From Marsupella aquatica (Eukaryota; Plantae; Marchantiophyta): a DNA stretch of 64,000 bases. A program made the translations under genes and the position numbers. The notes under the pieces are model-generated. The model had not been told where the DNA came from, searched no databases, and saw nothing but the letters and a program-made list of their open reading frames with translations. The stretch covers positions 8,908,283 to 8,972,282 of the forward strand of contig OZ316892.1 of assembly GCA_973895155.1 (NCBI GenBank). The letters run 5' to 3'. Below, in pieces: positions 50,033 through 60,345 of the stretch (position 1 is its first letter; the number at the start of each line of letters is the position of its first letter).

Positions 50033-51670
50033 CTCCTTGTTCTTCGTCGATCCGGCAAGTTCACCTCACCGCAATGGCAGATCACAAACAAATTCCACTG
50101 CGCACTGAACTAGTTTGGTCCCTGGACGCTGCGAGCTCTCTTCTTCTGCTGCTTCAGCTTCAGTTCACTCATCTCTCTTACGGCTCACATTTACGGACAT
50201 CGTCTCGCTGCAGGCACTTGCTTTGCAGTGATTCATCATCCTTAACAGGAGTTCCCTGGGCCAGACTTCCCCACACGGAATAGCTCTCGCTCCAGTGAGT
50301 GCTCTATCGTGTCGGTGACCGTCGTCCTCTTTCCCTACATGGATTTTGCACTCCGCTTCCATTCCCTTCGAGCTCAAGTCTTCTAGTTATTTCCTTTCCT
50401 TCTTCCACAGATGCATTTCTCCTCCAGACTCCAGGGCACACAGTCAAGACAACTCATTGCCGATTCGATCCAATTCAATCGACCTTAAAAAAAGTAGCAT
50501 CGTACATGGAAGAGCGCCGGACTCTTCTCAATCATTGATTCTCAGCCTTCTTTTGTTGTCCTTGAACGGTGTCTAAACTAAGAAACTAAAACTCAGCGGA
50601 TTTTGTGGCTCCCAAAGGAGGGAATGAGCATTCTCAGCCTTCGTTGCGAAGAAAGAATTATAATTACAATCCCTCTGAATAGTAGTGTAGCACATCGAAT
50701 AGGGTAGCGCGCCGACGAAACCGAGTCGAAGGACGGAATCGAAACTGCCGAAGAGCAGTCAATTGCAGCAGTAGCAGCCAGGCCGTTCAAATCACAAATT
50801 TATCTCACATGTTGTCACTCCAGTCCACGAGGCTCGATTTTGTTGGAGGCAGAGCAGTCATTCTGGCTCCTTGACGCTCGGAATTCCCCTGATGTCGCGG
50901 AAAGGATGCTGTCATCGTCGGCGGGACTCGATTGATCGCTTTGGCAGGAATCATGATTGTCTATTTGCGGGAGACAATTTGATGCGAGTAAAAGGCAATC
51001 ATCGTGGCCCGGGCCCCGATGTGGAGGGCAACGCAAAACAGAGGACTCTGTTTTGTGGACCGATGCAGAGTAATGGTGGTCCTACAGGGGGTCCTACAGG
51101 GGTCCTACAGGAGTTATAATTATGGAGACATGAAGAGAAAGGGCGGTGGTTGGGTTTTACAAGAACTAGCCCTACTAGCCCTACTACCCCTTTTTGAACA
51201 TGAATAGGTGAATAGAGGGGAGTACAATGAAAATGTCAGCCAAATATACTTACAATTCACATTCTTTGAATGTCAATGAATTAATAAAAAACACCTTTTA
51301 AGTACTTTGCCGGGACCATCATTTTAACATTCATAACATACTCCTTTCTATGCACACATATTATGGTAGGGCCTTAGAGTAACGGTCTAAAGTTTTCACT
51401 CTCTAAGCCTAGACCTCAACTCTAGCTTCCCTCTGCGCCAATCATTTTTCCTCTATGTATGAGATGCAATTGTAACCATTCAATGGGAGCATAATGTGGC
51501 AAAACCATTAGTGATCCTAATCACTGCCAAGGCCCCATTTAGAGTCCTTTTTGGGGGCTGAGGCAACCATACTTTTTAAATATAAAAATCTTATGGCCAG
51601 GCCCATGACCAAAATGGGTAGGTCACAATTGCTTAACTTTACCGTAAGAAATGGGAAAATATCATTGTGT

Positions 51671-52051
51671 TCCCCCAAACACAACGGTATGGCCTTGTAT
51701 TTGAATAGTGGGCCATGAGGCACTCTATGCAAATAGTGTGCCTGGGGCGTTGTAGTTGAGTTTTGACTACATGTTTGCATTTATTGTACTCGAAAGGCAT
51801 TGTGTTCAAATACTGGCTTTGTGTTTCAATGTTCACATTGTCATATGATTCGTGAATTTTTATTGTTTGTGCTCAATCTAAAGCAGTTTAGGGTCAAAAC
51901 TCAAGTAACACAACGCCAATATTCAAATACAATGCCCCGAGCATTGTGTTAAAAAGACGTTGTGTTTGAATTCAAATGTGTTTTTTGTCACAAGACCCAA
52001 GAAATTTCATTTTTAAACACAACACCTGGGAGCTATGTTGTGTTTGGGGGA
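51671..52051. mobile_element. Foldback/MITE-like element with 15-bp inverted ends
   Basis: tcccccaaacacaac (51671) is the reverse complement of gttgtgtttggggga (ending 52051). AACACAA/TTGTGTT motifs repeat internally in both orientations. Confidence 0.6.
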
Positions 52052-52131
52052 GATAATAGTAAGAAAGTAGTTTACTCTCATCATTTAAGCCATCATGACA
52101 ATACACTAGGGCCAGTTACAACAAGTGTCCA

Positions 52132-53600
52132 TGAGTGGTGGACCTAGCCACCCAGCGCCCTCACCAATCCCAGCACTTGCGCCTAAGTGCCCTTAGTGCC
52201 CAAACGCCTCCACGGAATACCTCGAGCAAGCATCCAAGTGCCTCTAGCACCACCTGCGGCCACTCCCATACGAAGCCGCACTTGCTCACCTACATGACCG
52301 CTACTCAACGGTCCTCACTGTCTGCACAAACAACCAAGCACCTCGGTAAGTAACCCCTCCGGATCTAGAACTCGCCCAGTCTAGCATCCTAACTCAAGTT
52401 CAACAGAGGTTGGCAAATAGGTCAGCGATAGGTCCTCCCGATGCCATAAGCCGGAACCAGAACCCACGCCCACTGTCCGTCCAGGACAACTCCTTCCTTG
52501 GGCGCGGCCCGGGTTCCCCCTCGTACCTATCCATCACCAACTGACCGCCCTGACCTCAGGACATGTTCATGGCCCAAATAACGTAGCTTGTCCTAAAGCT
52601 TGTCCCAACACGTCGGGACCAGAATGGCCCCGACTCTAGCAACTGCTCCCAGTTCTCCCCACTGATGGTCTAGGGACTGAGCACCCTTGGGACTCAGCCT
52701 CCATACCTACTTGGCCTTGCCTCCCCAACGCAAGCTCCCTTGGGAGGCTGAACGCGGCTTGGCTGCTGTTCGGCAGTTTTTGGCAAGCAAGCGAGCTAAC
52801 ACCCGCAAACCACGAGAACCCATGGCACCCCCGGACCCATCTGAACTCAGGAGGGCGTTCAACGAACCCAGGAAGTCCTCCAACGGACTTCCCGTTGGGA
52901 AGATATCACCGTTTCCGTTTGGCGGTTTCCCTTAGTGTCGCGACCGCCGCGGCTCACGACTTCGGCTCGCCCTTAGCCCCTAGGGAGACACCACTCCTCT
53001 CAGATATGCTTCTGGAGACCTGCCACCCCTAGACCAACTTTGGTCCCTAAACATTTGGCCCCCAACCCGGATCCCATCGCGCATAATGGGCGCGTCACCA
53101 ATTGGCAACGCCCATAACTTTCTTGATAGGCATCCGCAAGCGGAGTGCCTTAGCCCGTTGTGACCAGGCCGACCCAGTGCTCATGCCTAGGACCTCAGGT
53201 CTGATCGCCGCTCGGGGCCCCCCACCGGCCCAACCCGGATCGGGCCACAACTTGCGCCCCAAGCGTTCGTTGCCAATGGCGTCAACTCCATTGGCCTTGG
53301 GCCCAAGAGGAGCTCACTCCCAAGCCCTCAGAACTCAAAGCCCATCCGACGGTCCGGACGGCCATGCTTGAGCCCGGCCCATTTGCCCTTGACCCGACCA
53401 GCCATAGGCTAGTCCAAGTCCTTAGTGTGTGTCCCCAGCTTGGCCCCTTGCCTCGCTAGTGCCATGTCTCATTGCCCACAAGTCTCCCCGTGCTAAGTCC
53501 TCCCCGGATGGCCTATCCGGGCCTGGACCATAAGGGAGCTCGGCGTCGGAGTCAGCGACGCCGGAGCTAAGTGTTAAGGTGGTCGAGTTCCGCGACTACA
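52132..53600. mobile_element. Probable solo LTR (~1.47 kb, GC-rich)
   Basis: Sharp GC/CpG-rich block with no coding signature. The ends TGAGTGGTGGACCT...AGTTCCGCGACTACA are imperfect inverted termini (TG..CA). Flanks gtcca/tgcca match only partly. Confidence 0.5.
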
Positions 53601-54343
53601 TGCCATCCAACCAAGTGTTGCAGACAAATACATCATGGGGCCGTTTTTGGGGCCCATCACAACTATTGAACATAGTTCAGCCAATAAAGTGGACCATTTC
53701 TATTCATAATCTTGCATTGATTTTCTTTAGACCTGGCACAAAGCATTTCAAAGGACCTCATGCTTGCAATAGGTGTAGATGAGGATTGCGCCCTAGGATT
53801 CCCTGTAAACCCCTTGGCAAGAGAGGAGGCATTGTGGACAGATCATTGGATGAGAAGAAACGTCGGGAAATGAGACTCTACGGGTGGCTTGACAAGAAGT
53901 TTGAGAGCAGTTTCAACATTTTTTGGTATCCAAGATGTGATCAGTGTCATCCATTAGGGAGATAGAGCTGCAATAGTTCAAGTTACAAATGTTGGGGACA
54001 ATTTTTCTCAATCCTATTGTAGATCCTACATGGAATGAAGTGGGCCCAGATTTTGCTTACATGGAGCACATTTTTGACCCAGTTTTCAGATGACCTCTCT
54101 TTGAGGTCTCTTCATTTGGCCACTTGGTCCATTCATATTTTGAGTCATTTGCAGTAAAAGTGGACCCACAAGTCCTTCACCAGATCTTCTCCCGTGAGAG
54201 CTAAATGGGCTCTAGCCAAAGAACTACATGATTTTCAGGTGAATGGGTCCAAACTTGAATGTCTCTTAGCAAATCACTCCAGCATCACTTGTTGCATACA
54301 AGACGTTGGGGCCCATGACACTATCTTTAATATCTGAAATGAG

Positions 54344-54495
54344 CCTCCAGTTTGATTTGGTGAAAAAAGTTCACAAGTGCCCTCCAGGTTACTTTGGTGA
54401 AAAACTTTCACAAGTGCCCTGCAGTTTGCTTTGGTGAAAAAAGTTCACAAGTGCCCTCCAGGTTGCTTTGGTGAAAAAAGTTCACAAGTGCCCTC
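54344..54495. repeat. 37-bp tandem repeat x4
   Basis: Unit ctccag(t/g)ttgctttggtgaaaaaagttcacaagtgcc; caagtgc occurs at 54374, 54411, 54448 and 54485. Confidence 0.93.
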
Positions 54496-54650
54496 ACCGT
54501 CTTGTAAAGCCACCCTGAATGATCACTGGTTGGAATCTCATTTATTGTTGCTATTGGGTCCCATCACACAAGGTTTCCTTTAGAGCATTGAAACAGGCTT
54601 CTAGACTTTGTGCTGCTGTTGGGACAATTTTGAGGGGCTGATGCAGTCTA

Positions 54651-55006
54651 GGAATGTCATACCATCCCCAAAGAAGAAATTGGTTGCACTAATGGTTTTG
54701 TCAATCAGCCCTCCATCCATCAAGCTTCTGCATGCAAATTCAGTTACATAGCCCTAGAGATAGCAGGGAATGTTCATACCCTCCCTAAAGAAGAAGTTGG
54801 TTGCACTAATGGTTTTGTCAATCGGCACTCCATCCATCAAGCTTATGCATGAAAATTCAGTTACATAGCCCTAGAGATAGCAGGGAATGTTCATACCCTC
54901 CCTAAAGAAGAAGTTGGTTGCACTAATGGTTTTGTCAATCGGCACTCCATCCATCAAGCTTATGCATGAAAATTCAGTTACATAGCCCTAGAGATAGCAG
55001 GGAATG
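54651..55006. repeat. 118-bp tandem repeat x3
   Basis: Unit ggaatgttcataccctccctaaagaagaagttggttgcactaatgg...gccctagagatagcag. Copies 2 and 3 appear identical; copy 1 is diverged. Confidence 0.93.
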
Positions 55007-55322
55007 TGAAGAGACTGTAGGATGTGAACTTGTGGCAATGCAAGCAACATAGATGTGCAGGGAGAAAATGTTTGGCGACTAGGGAAAATAGTTGAAATAA
55101 CAGCCAGCATTTTGAGTTGGGTCTATGTTGGGAACAAGATTGGGATGCCATCTACCAATGCAAGCTAACAAGCCCCTCGACAATCCTCAATGACTTCGAT
55201 GCTAGTGTGGGGCCCAATTAATGGGTAGTACCTACATGATGCTCCTATTGTTGCCTACTGGGTCCTGCCATTCAAAGGCTACCCATTGTTGTCTGTAGCC
55301 CATTCGAAAGCCCATTGCTATT

Positions 55323-55392
55323 GGTCTAGCCCAAGTGGCCAAAGGATTGAGACTTGTGACCCTAAGGTCTATGGGTCAATTCCCGATTGATA
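55323..55392 (+). other. Degenerate tRNA-derived sequence (SINE head or tRNA pseudogene)
   Basis: A-box-like TAGCCCAAGTGG and B-box-like GGGTCAATTCCC at tRNA spacing, with a CTTGTGA loop-like segment between them. Stems are imperfect. Confidence 0.5.
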
Positions 55393-55519
55393 GTGGGGTG
55401 AGTCTTTCATTCACACAATATATTAGCATTGTTATTAGTCCAGTGGACATGCCTAGCATTGTCATCACTCACAATCACACTGTAGGTTAGCATTGTTATT
55501 AGTCGGGTTATTAGTCTGG

Positions 55520-58395
55520 TAGAATCATCTACCATTGTCATTGCTACAGTCCTCCAGAAAGCTTGTCAATTTTGTTTGTGCCCATCTTAGCTCTAATCTG
55601 TGATCTTGCATCATACATAGCCTGCAAGCAGACCTTCCATTTCTTGGGTGGCTTGATTTTTGGTCTCTCCCAATTGGGCTCCCAATATTCCATGTGTTGA
55701 CACTTGATTGCTTAATAAAGCAAACAAGAATGTATAGTATGCGTGTTCCCTTTGGAAACACATGTATAGTTGTCTGTTGGGTTGCATCATTCAATGCTGC
55801 CCAATGCAGACAATCCAAGGATATGAGGGTGTATGTCTTTTACATTTTATAATGCTAGTGTGATATATGATTGGATTTGTACAAGTGCAAAGTTTGCTAG
55901 ATTATAATTATCCAAACAAGCACAACACAACTAGCTATAGCAGCCTTCAGTGTGGCTAGTGAGGTTTTGAGATCAATGTTCATCAGTCATAAACCCTTAG
56001 ACATCCCAAAGTGCACACAAGAGACTTGACACTAAAAAATTGGGGATTCCTCTCTTACCTAAATGGGGATAGGCAGGCAAGTAGCATCAGGCCCCAAGTG
56101 TTTGTAATACAATTTTCCAAGACAAAGTGTGCAGAGTGAGGAGTGAGGACACTCCCATTATTGGAACATCACGGTGATTGGGGTGGAGGAAGACAATTGT
56201 AGCTAGTTTAGGGGGTACTCCCAAAATTGATGGAGATTGGACAGTGGAGACCCTCAAATTAAAGATAAGAGCATATTCTACACCAGAAGAAGTGCCTTCC
56301 TGGTATGAGTCTCAAAGTTGCTTGCTTCCTTGAGTTTGGCACAAATGGACCACATTATTGTTTATTTGGCAAGAGAATCTGGGTTAGTGAGATTCTGGTG
56401 TCACAAGTACACACTTGTTAAGAGTTTTTTGTAGAGGACACTGTTACACTCACTCTAGAAGGAATGTTAAGTGGAGTATGAGTGCACATACACTTGCCAC
56501 TATTTACACTCACCCACCCAAAAGTGGGATACAGTTACCCCAGTAATTGCATTCAAAAGAATTTGGGTAGCCTGACACCTTGCAAAATTGCTTCTCTCAT
56601 GAGGTGGAAAGGAGTGCAACATGAGCTCAAATAAACAAAGGTAGGACACCCAAGGGACATTAGAATATGTCTATTTATTACTTTGTAGCCATTTAGCATA
56701 TAGATGGTAGTCCCGGAAAGACTATATGTTACGTAGATGAAAAGGTGGGGAAATGCCTCCAAATTACAATTGTGTTTGTTTGATAAGTTTCTTAACCAAT
56801 TAGAACTTACTAATTTGGTGCAATGCAGTCACATCATTTGCCCCTTAAGGCTAACCTTCTGTGCCCTACTGTGTCCAATGTGGGATTTCATGTGCACAAA
56901 TGGACAGACGATTGATTGTCTGCCTAGAGCCTTAATTTGTTCAAGAATGGTCCTCTCGTCTCCAAAATGTGATTGTGGTTTCAGCTCTCTTGAAAGTTCT
57001 TCATACTAAATGTAGGCAAAATTTGAGTACTCTTAACTTTGTCTAAGTTGGAAACAAATGTACTTCCTCTTTTATTAGGCAATTGCAAAATCTTTTCCCA
57101 AAGGATCCCCCCCTTTATTTTTCCAAGAACTTTCTTGGAGAATCTGACATGCAAGATGTATAGCCGTGGTCTACAACCCAAACAGTACAACCAGAGACAA
57201 CTGGGTAGCTATTGCAAATTGCTGTTTTCAGATTGTCTGATGGAGAGGGTTAGATAGAGTGGTAGTCATTCACCAGCTCCCCACTTTGACAATCTCGGGG
57301 ACAGCCTCATGTAGTACTTCCATTCAAACATTAATCTAACAGAATAGTGGTTATAAGTTGGAACCCCACTAGCCAGGGAGAGAGAGCCAGATTAGTGGGG
57401 CCAAACGCATAGCAACTAATTTATCTTTGATTTAAACAACCTTGGTCATAGAATTATTTTTCTGTATTGTAATAAGTGACAATTGTGGTCCACAGTCCAC
57501 ACTCGGGGCCATGGATAAGGTGTAGCCGATTTCCAGACTATTCCGTTGGGAGAATTTATCAGAAAGTCCTTTGCTCAAGAGCTCAAAGATTAGAATACTT
57601 ACTACATTGACGCCCCAACTTTGACACTTTCTTGTGGGTACTTGGGTTTTGGGACTCTTATCCTAGGAAAATGTGATGGAAGGTCCATTGCTTGTCAAGT
57701 GACGCCAAGCACTCACACCCTTAGGAGCCCCAACGCTGACACACCTTTGTGGGTACTGATTTATGGACTCTTGGACCAGGAGAACTTGATGAAACGTACA
57801 TTGCTTGCCAACTCCAAGCTTGATGTCCCTTATGGTAGTGGGCACTCAGTTCTTTTGGACTTTTGCCAGGACAATTTGACGGAAAGCCTATCAATCACTT
57901 GTTTGTTTCTGCCTGTTATTCCGCAATCATTGCCCATTGCACACGAAAGGTGAAAACATGAAGGTATATGTTTTCGCATTTCTGAATGCCACCTACTCTG
58001 TGCAAATCCATATAAGTGAATAATTTGCTTGACATGGTCATCCCAACAAGTGTAGCCAACTGGTAGCAATCTTCATCGCGACAAGCAGGTGAGTTTCCAA
58101 TCTCAAGTTTCATAAGTTAGAGTTTTGCAAAACCCCATCCCTAAGTGTGGTCCATAAAAATCATTTGCATACAAAACACTTGGAAAACTGGAGCTCTCTC
58201 TCGTATCACCTAATGAAACGAAGAGGTGGGGGGATTGGGACCAATGAAGGGTTGTAATAAATGAGTTATTATTCAAGAAAACCCTACTTGATTTATTTTT
58301 TCTCTGTATGGGGAAGTGCAGTCCAATATAGTCCTTAACCTGGCTATCAATAAAATAGCCCAACAACAAAAAGCTGGTGGGTATTCCCTTCACAC
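55520..58395 (-). pseudogene. Decayed orphan coding region(s) inside a repeat block
   Basis: ORF-track entries 58103-58393 and 57830-58069 are one frame joined across TGA stops and continue past TAA at 57830. Further stop-interrupted coding-like text lies at 55520-55800. No TE motif recognised. Confidence 0.45.
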
Positions 58396-58409
58396 CAAAG
58401 CTTTGATAA

Positions 58410-58650
58410 CCCCCTTATAGTAATGGGCAGCCAGTTGACACCTGAGCTTTGGCACTTCCTAGTGGGACAACCCTTACGGTAATGGATACCCCATTGTCTC
58501 CTGAGCTTTTGACACTCCCTAGTGGGACAGCCCTTACAGTGATGGGTAGCCCCTTGACACCCGAGCTTTGACAGTCCCTAGTGGGGGAGCCCTTACAGTA
58601 ATGTGTAACCCCTTGACACAGGAGCTTTGGCAGTCCCTACTAAGTGGGAC
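58410..58650. repeat. ~60-bp tandem repeat x4
   Basis: Unit cccttacagtaatggg.a.cccc.ttgacacctgagctttggcactccctagtgggaca repeated with ~60-bp period. Confidence 0.88.
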
Positions 58651-58967
58651 AGCCATTAAAGCATCTCCAGCAGTTCAGGGGTCAATGACTTCTAAATTCA
58701 AAATGTAGCCCATCATTTGGAGGCGGAAAAGTTAGAAAAGACCTCATTGAATGCAGTCACCAGCTGTTCCCCTCTTTCTTTGACCTCTATCCCTCTCAAT
58801 TGATATGTTCACATGACTAGGTTCAAACTTTCAAGCATATCTATGATCTTGTGACATGTGTTGGAATCTGAATCTTTGACGCAGATGGGAATAGAGGTCT
58901 TGGTTGCAAAGCTGCTATTTCTACCAAATATGGAGATCAGGGGTTGGGAAAATGGAGGCTGGATGCA

Positions 58968-59358
58968 ATTTTCACAACCCCTATATACTCTTTTTAGAGG
59001 TTCCAGGTGCATTTGACCCAACCTCTGGAGATTACAGTAATGAGTACCTTCTTGACACCAGAGCATTGACACGCTAAAACTCTAAAGTCCACCGCTGCAT
59101 TTTTTTTCTTTCTCTCTCTCTCTCATTACACTAAACACAACGCATTCTTTAAAAAGTTCAATTTTCACAACCCCTATATACTCTTTTTAGACGTTACAGG
59201 TGCATTTGACCCAACCTCTGGAGCTTACAGTAATGATTACCTTCTTGACACCAGAGCATTGACACGCTAAAACCCTAAAGTCCCCTAAAGTCCCCTAAAG
59301 TCCACCGCCTCTCTCTCTATCTCTCTCTCTCATTACACGAAACACAACGCGTTCTTCA
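58968..59358. repeat. ~193-bp tandem duplication
   Basis: attttcacaacccctatatactc...ctcattacac.aaacacaacgc at ~58968 and 59161. Confidence 0.88.
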
Positions 59359-60345
59359 AAATGTGGTTTGCTGGAACGGAATTCCTGAACCAAAATTCGA
59401 TCGAGCATTCCTCGTCCTTGGATTGTCATGAACGACCTCACCACCAGACGCAACGAGCGAATTAAGTCCCGAATGACTCACTCACTCATGCGACCACCCA
59501 CACCAACGTCAGAATAGTTATGGACTGACGGAAATGCCATCGATCGAATAGCAGTGCTTCGGGGTCCGCGACTTCAGTTTTACGGAAAAGAATTGGAACG
59601 AATGGATAAACTTTTCCTTTCTATGTTTCTTACATATATCCCTGCTTTCTTCTCTCGTGCTTTATTCGCGTCGCGAATGGAGGCCGAAAGGGAGGAAAGG
59701 GTCCGATGAAATAAAACAAATAAAAAATAATTTTTTCTTGCTTCCTACTGCGCTTTGGAGTTAGTGTCAGGATCAGAATCGGAAAGCGCTTCCTGCTGCA
59801 ATCTCCACTCCCGTTCCGCTCTAGACGGACCACGGTACGCTTTCTGATTCTGATCCTGATTTTACCTCCGATATCGGAAGCCCTGAACTTTCGGGACTCT
59901 ATGTCTTCGTCCATGTGTACCGCCTCGAGTTCGAGTTTTGAGTCTTGCGATGTGATTTGTGATCGTCTGCAATGCAGGGTCCTGTCTGGATGCCGGGCAT
60001 TGAGATGGATGGATTGGTCGAGACCGGAGGACGGTTTGGGTTTTCGTGACGTGAGAAGAACTTTGACCTAAATTGGTAGATACTTTTCCGGAGACCGCAT
60101 TGGATTTCGACACTAAGGGCATCATCAGATTGGCTGCTACACTTGGGACATAAATTATTAACACCTTATACACTCTCTCGCTTAAGAGTTTGAATCATGG
60201 GGTGTATTCAAAGTGTACATTTTTCTTCCCGGGTCGATTGTTTTCTAGGGTTGATATCATCGACCTTGCTATCAACTTTGCCTCCTGCATTATAGGAATC
60301 GGTCAGAGATAGATCGGACTCAGACAGTTTCCGGTGTGATCAATT

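Noticed and set aside
48400-50283. Plus-strand ORFs overlapping MHX
   Set aside because: Antisense shadows of the real CDS.
54344-54495. 37-bp repeats resembling a CRISPR array in unit length
   Set aside because: The units are head-to-tail with no unique spacers, no cas genes are present, and the context is eukaryotic.
55323-55392. Functional tRNA-His(GTG)
   Set aside because: The acceptor and T stems do not pair and the B box is degenerate.
59270-59302. Interstitial telomere repeat
   Set aside because: Only one AAACCCTAA plus a 10-bp CCCTAAAGTC triplication; not a telomeric array.
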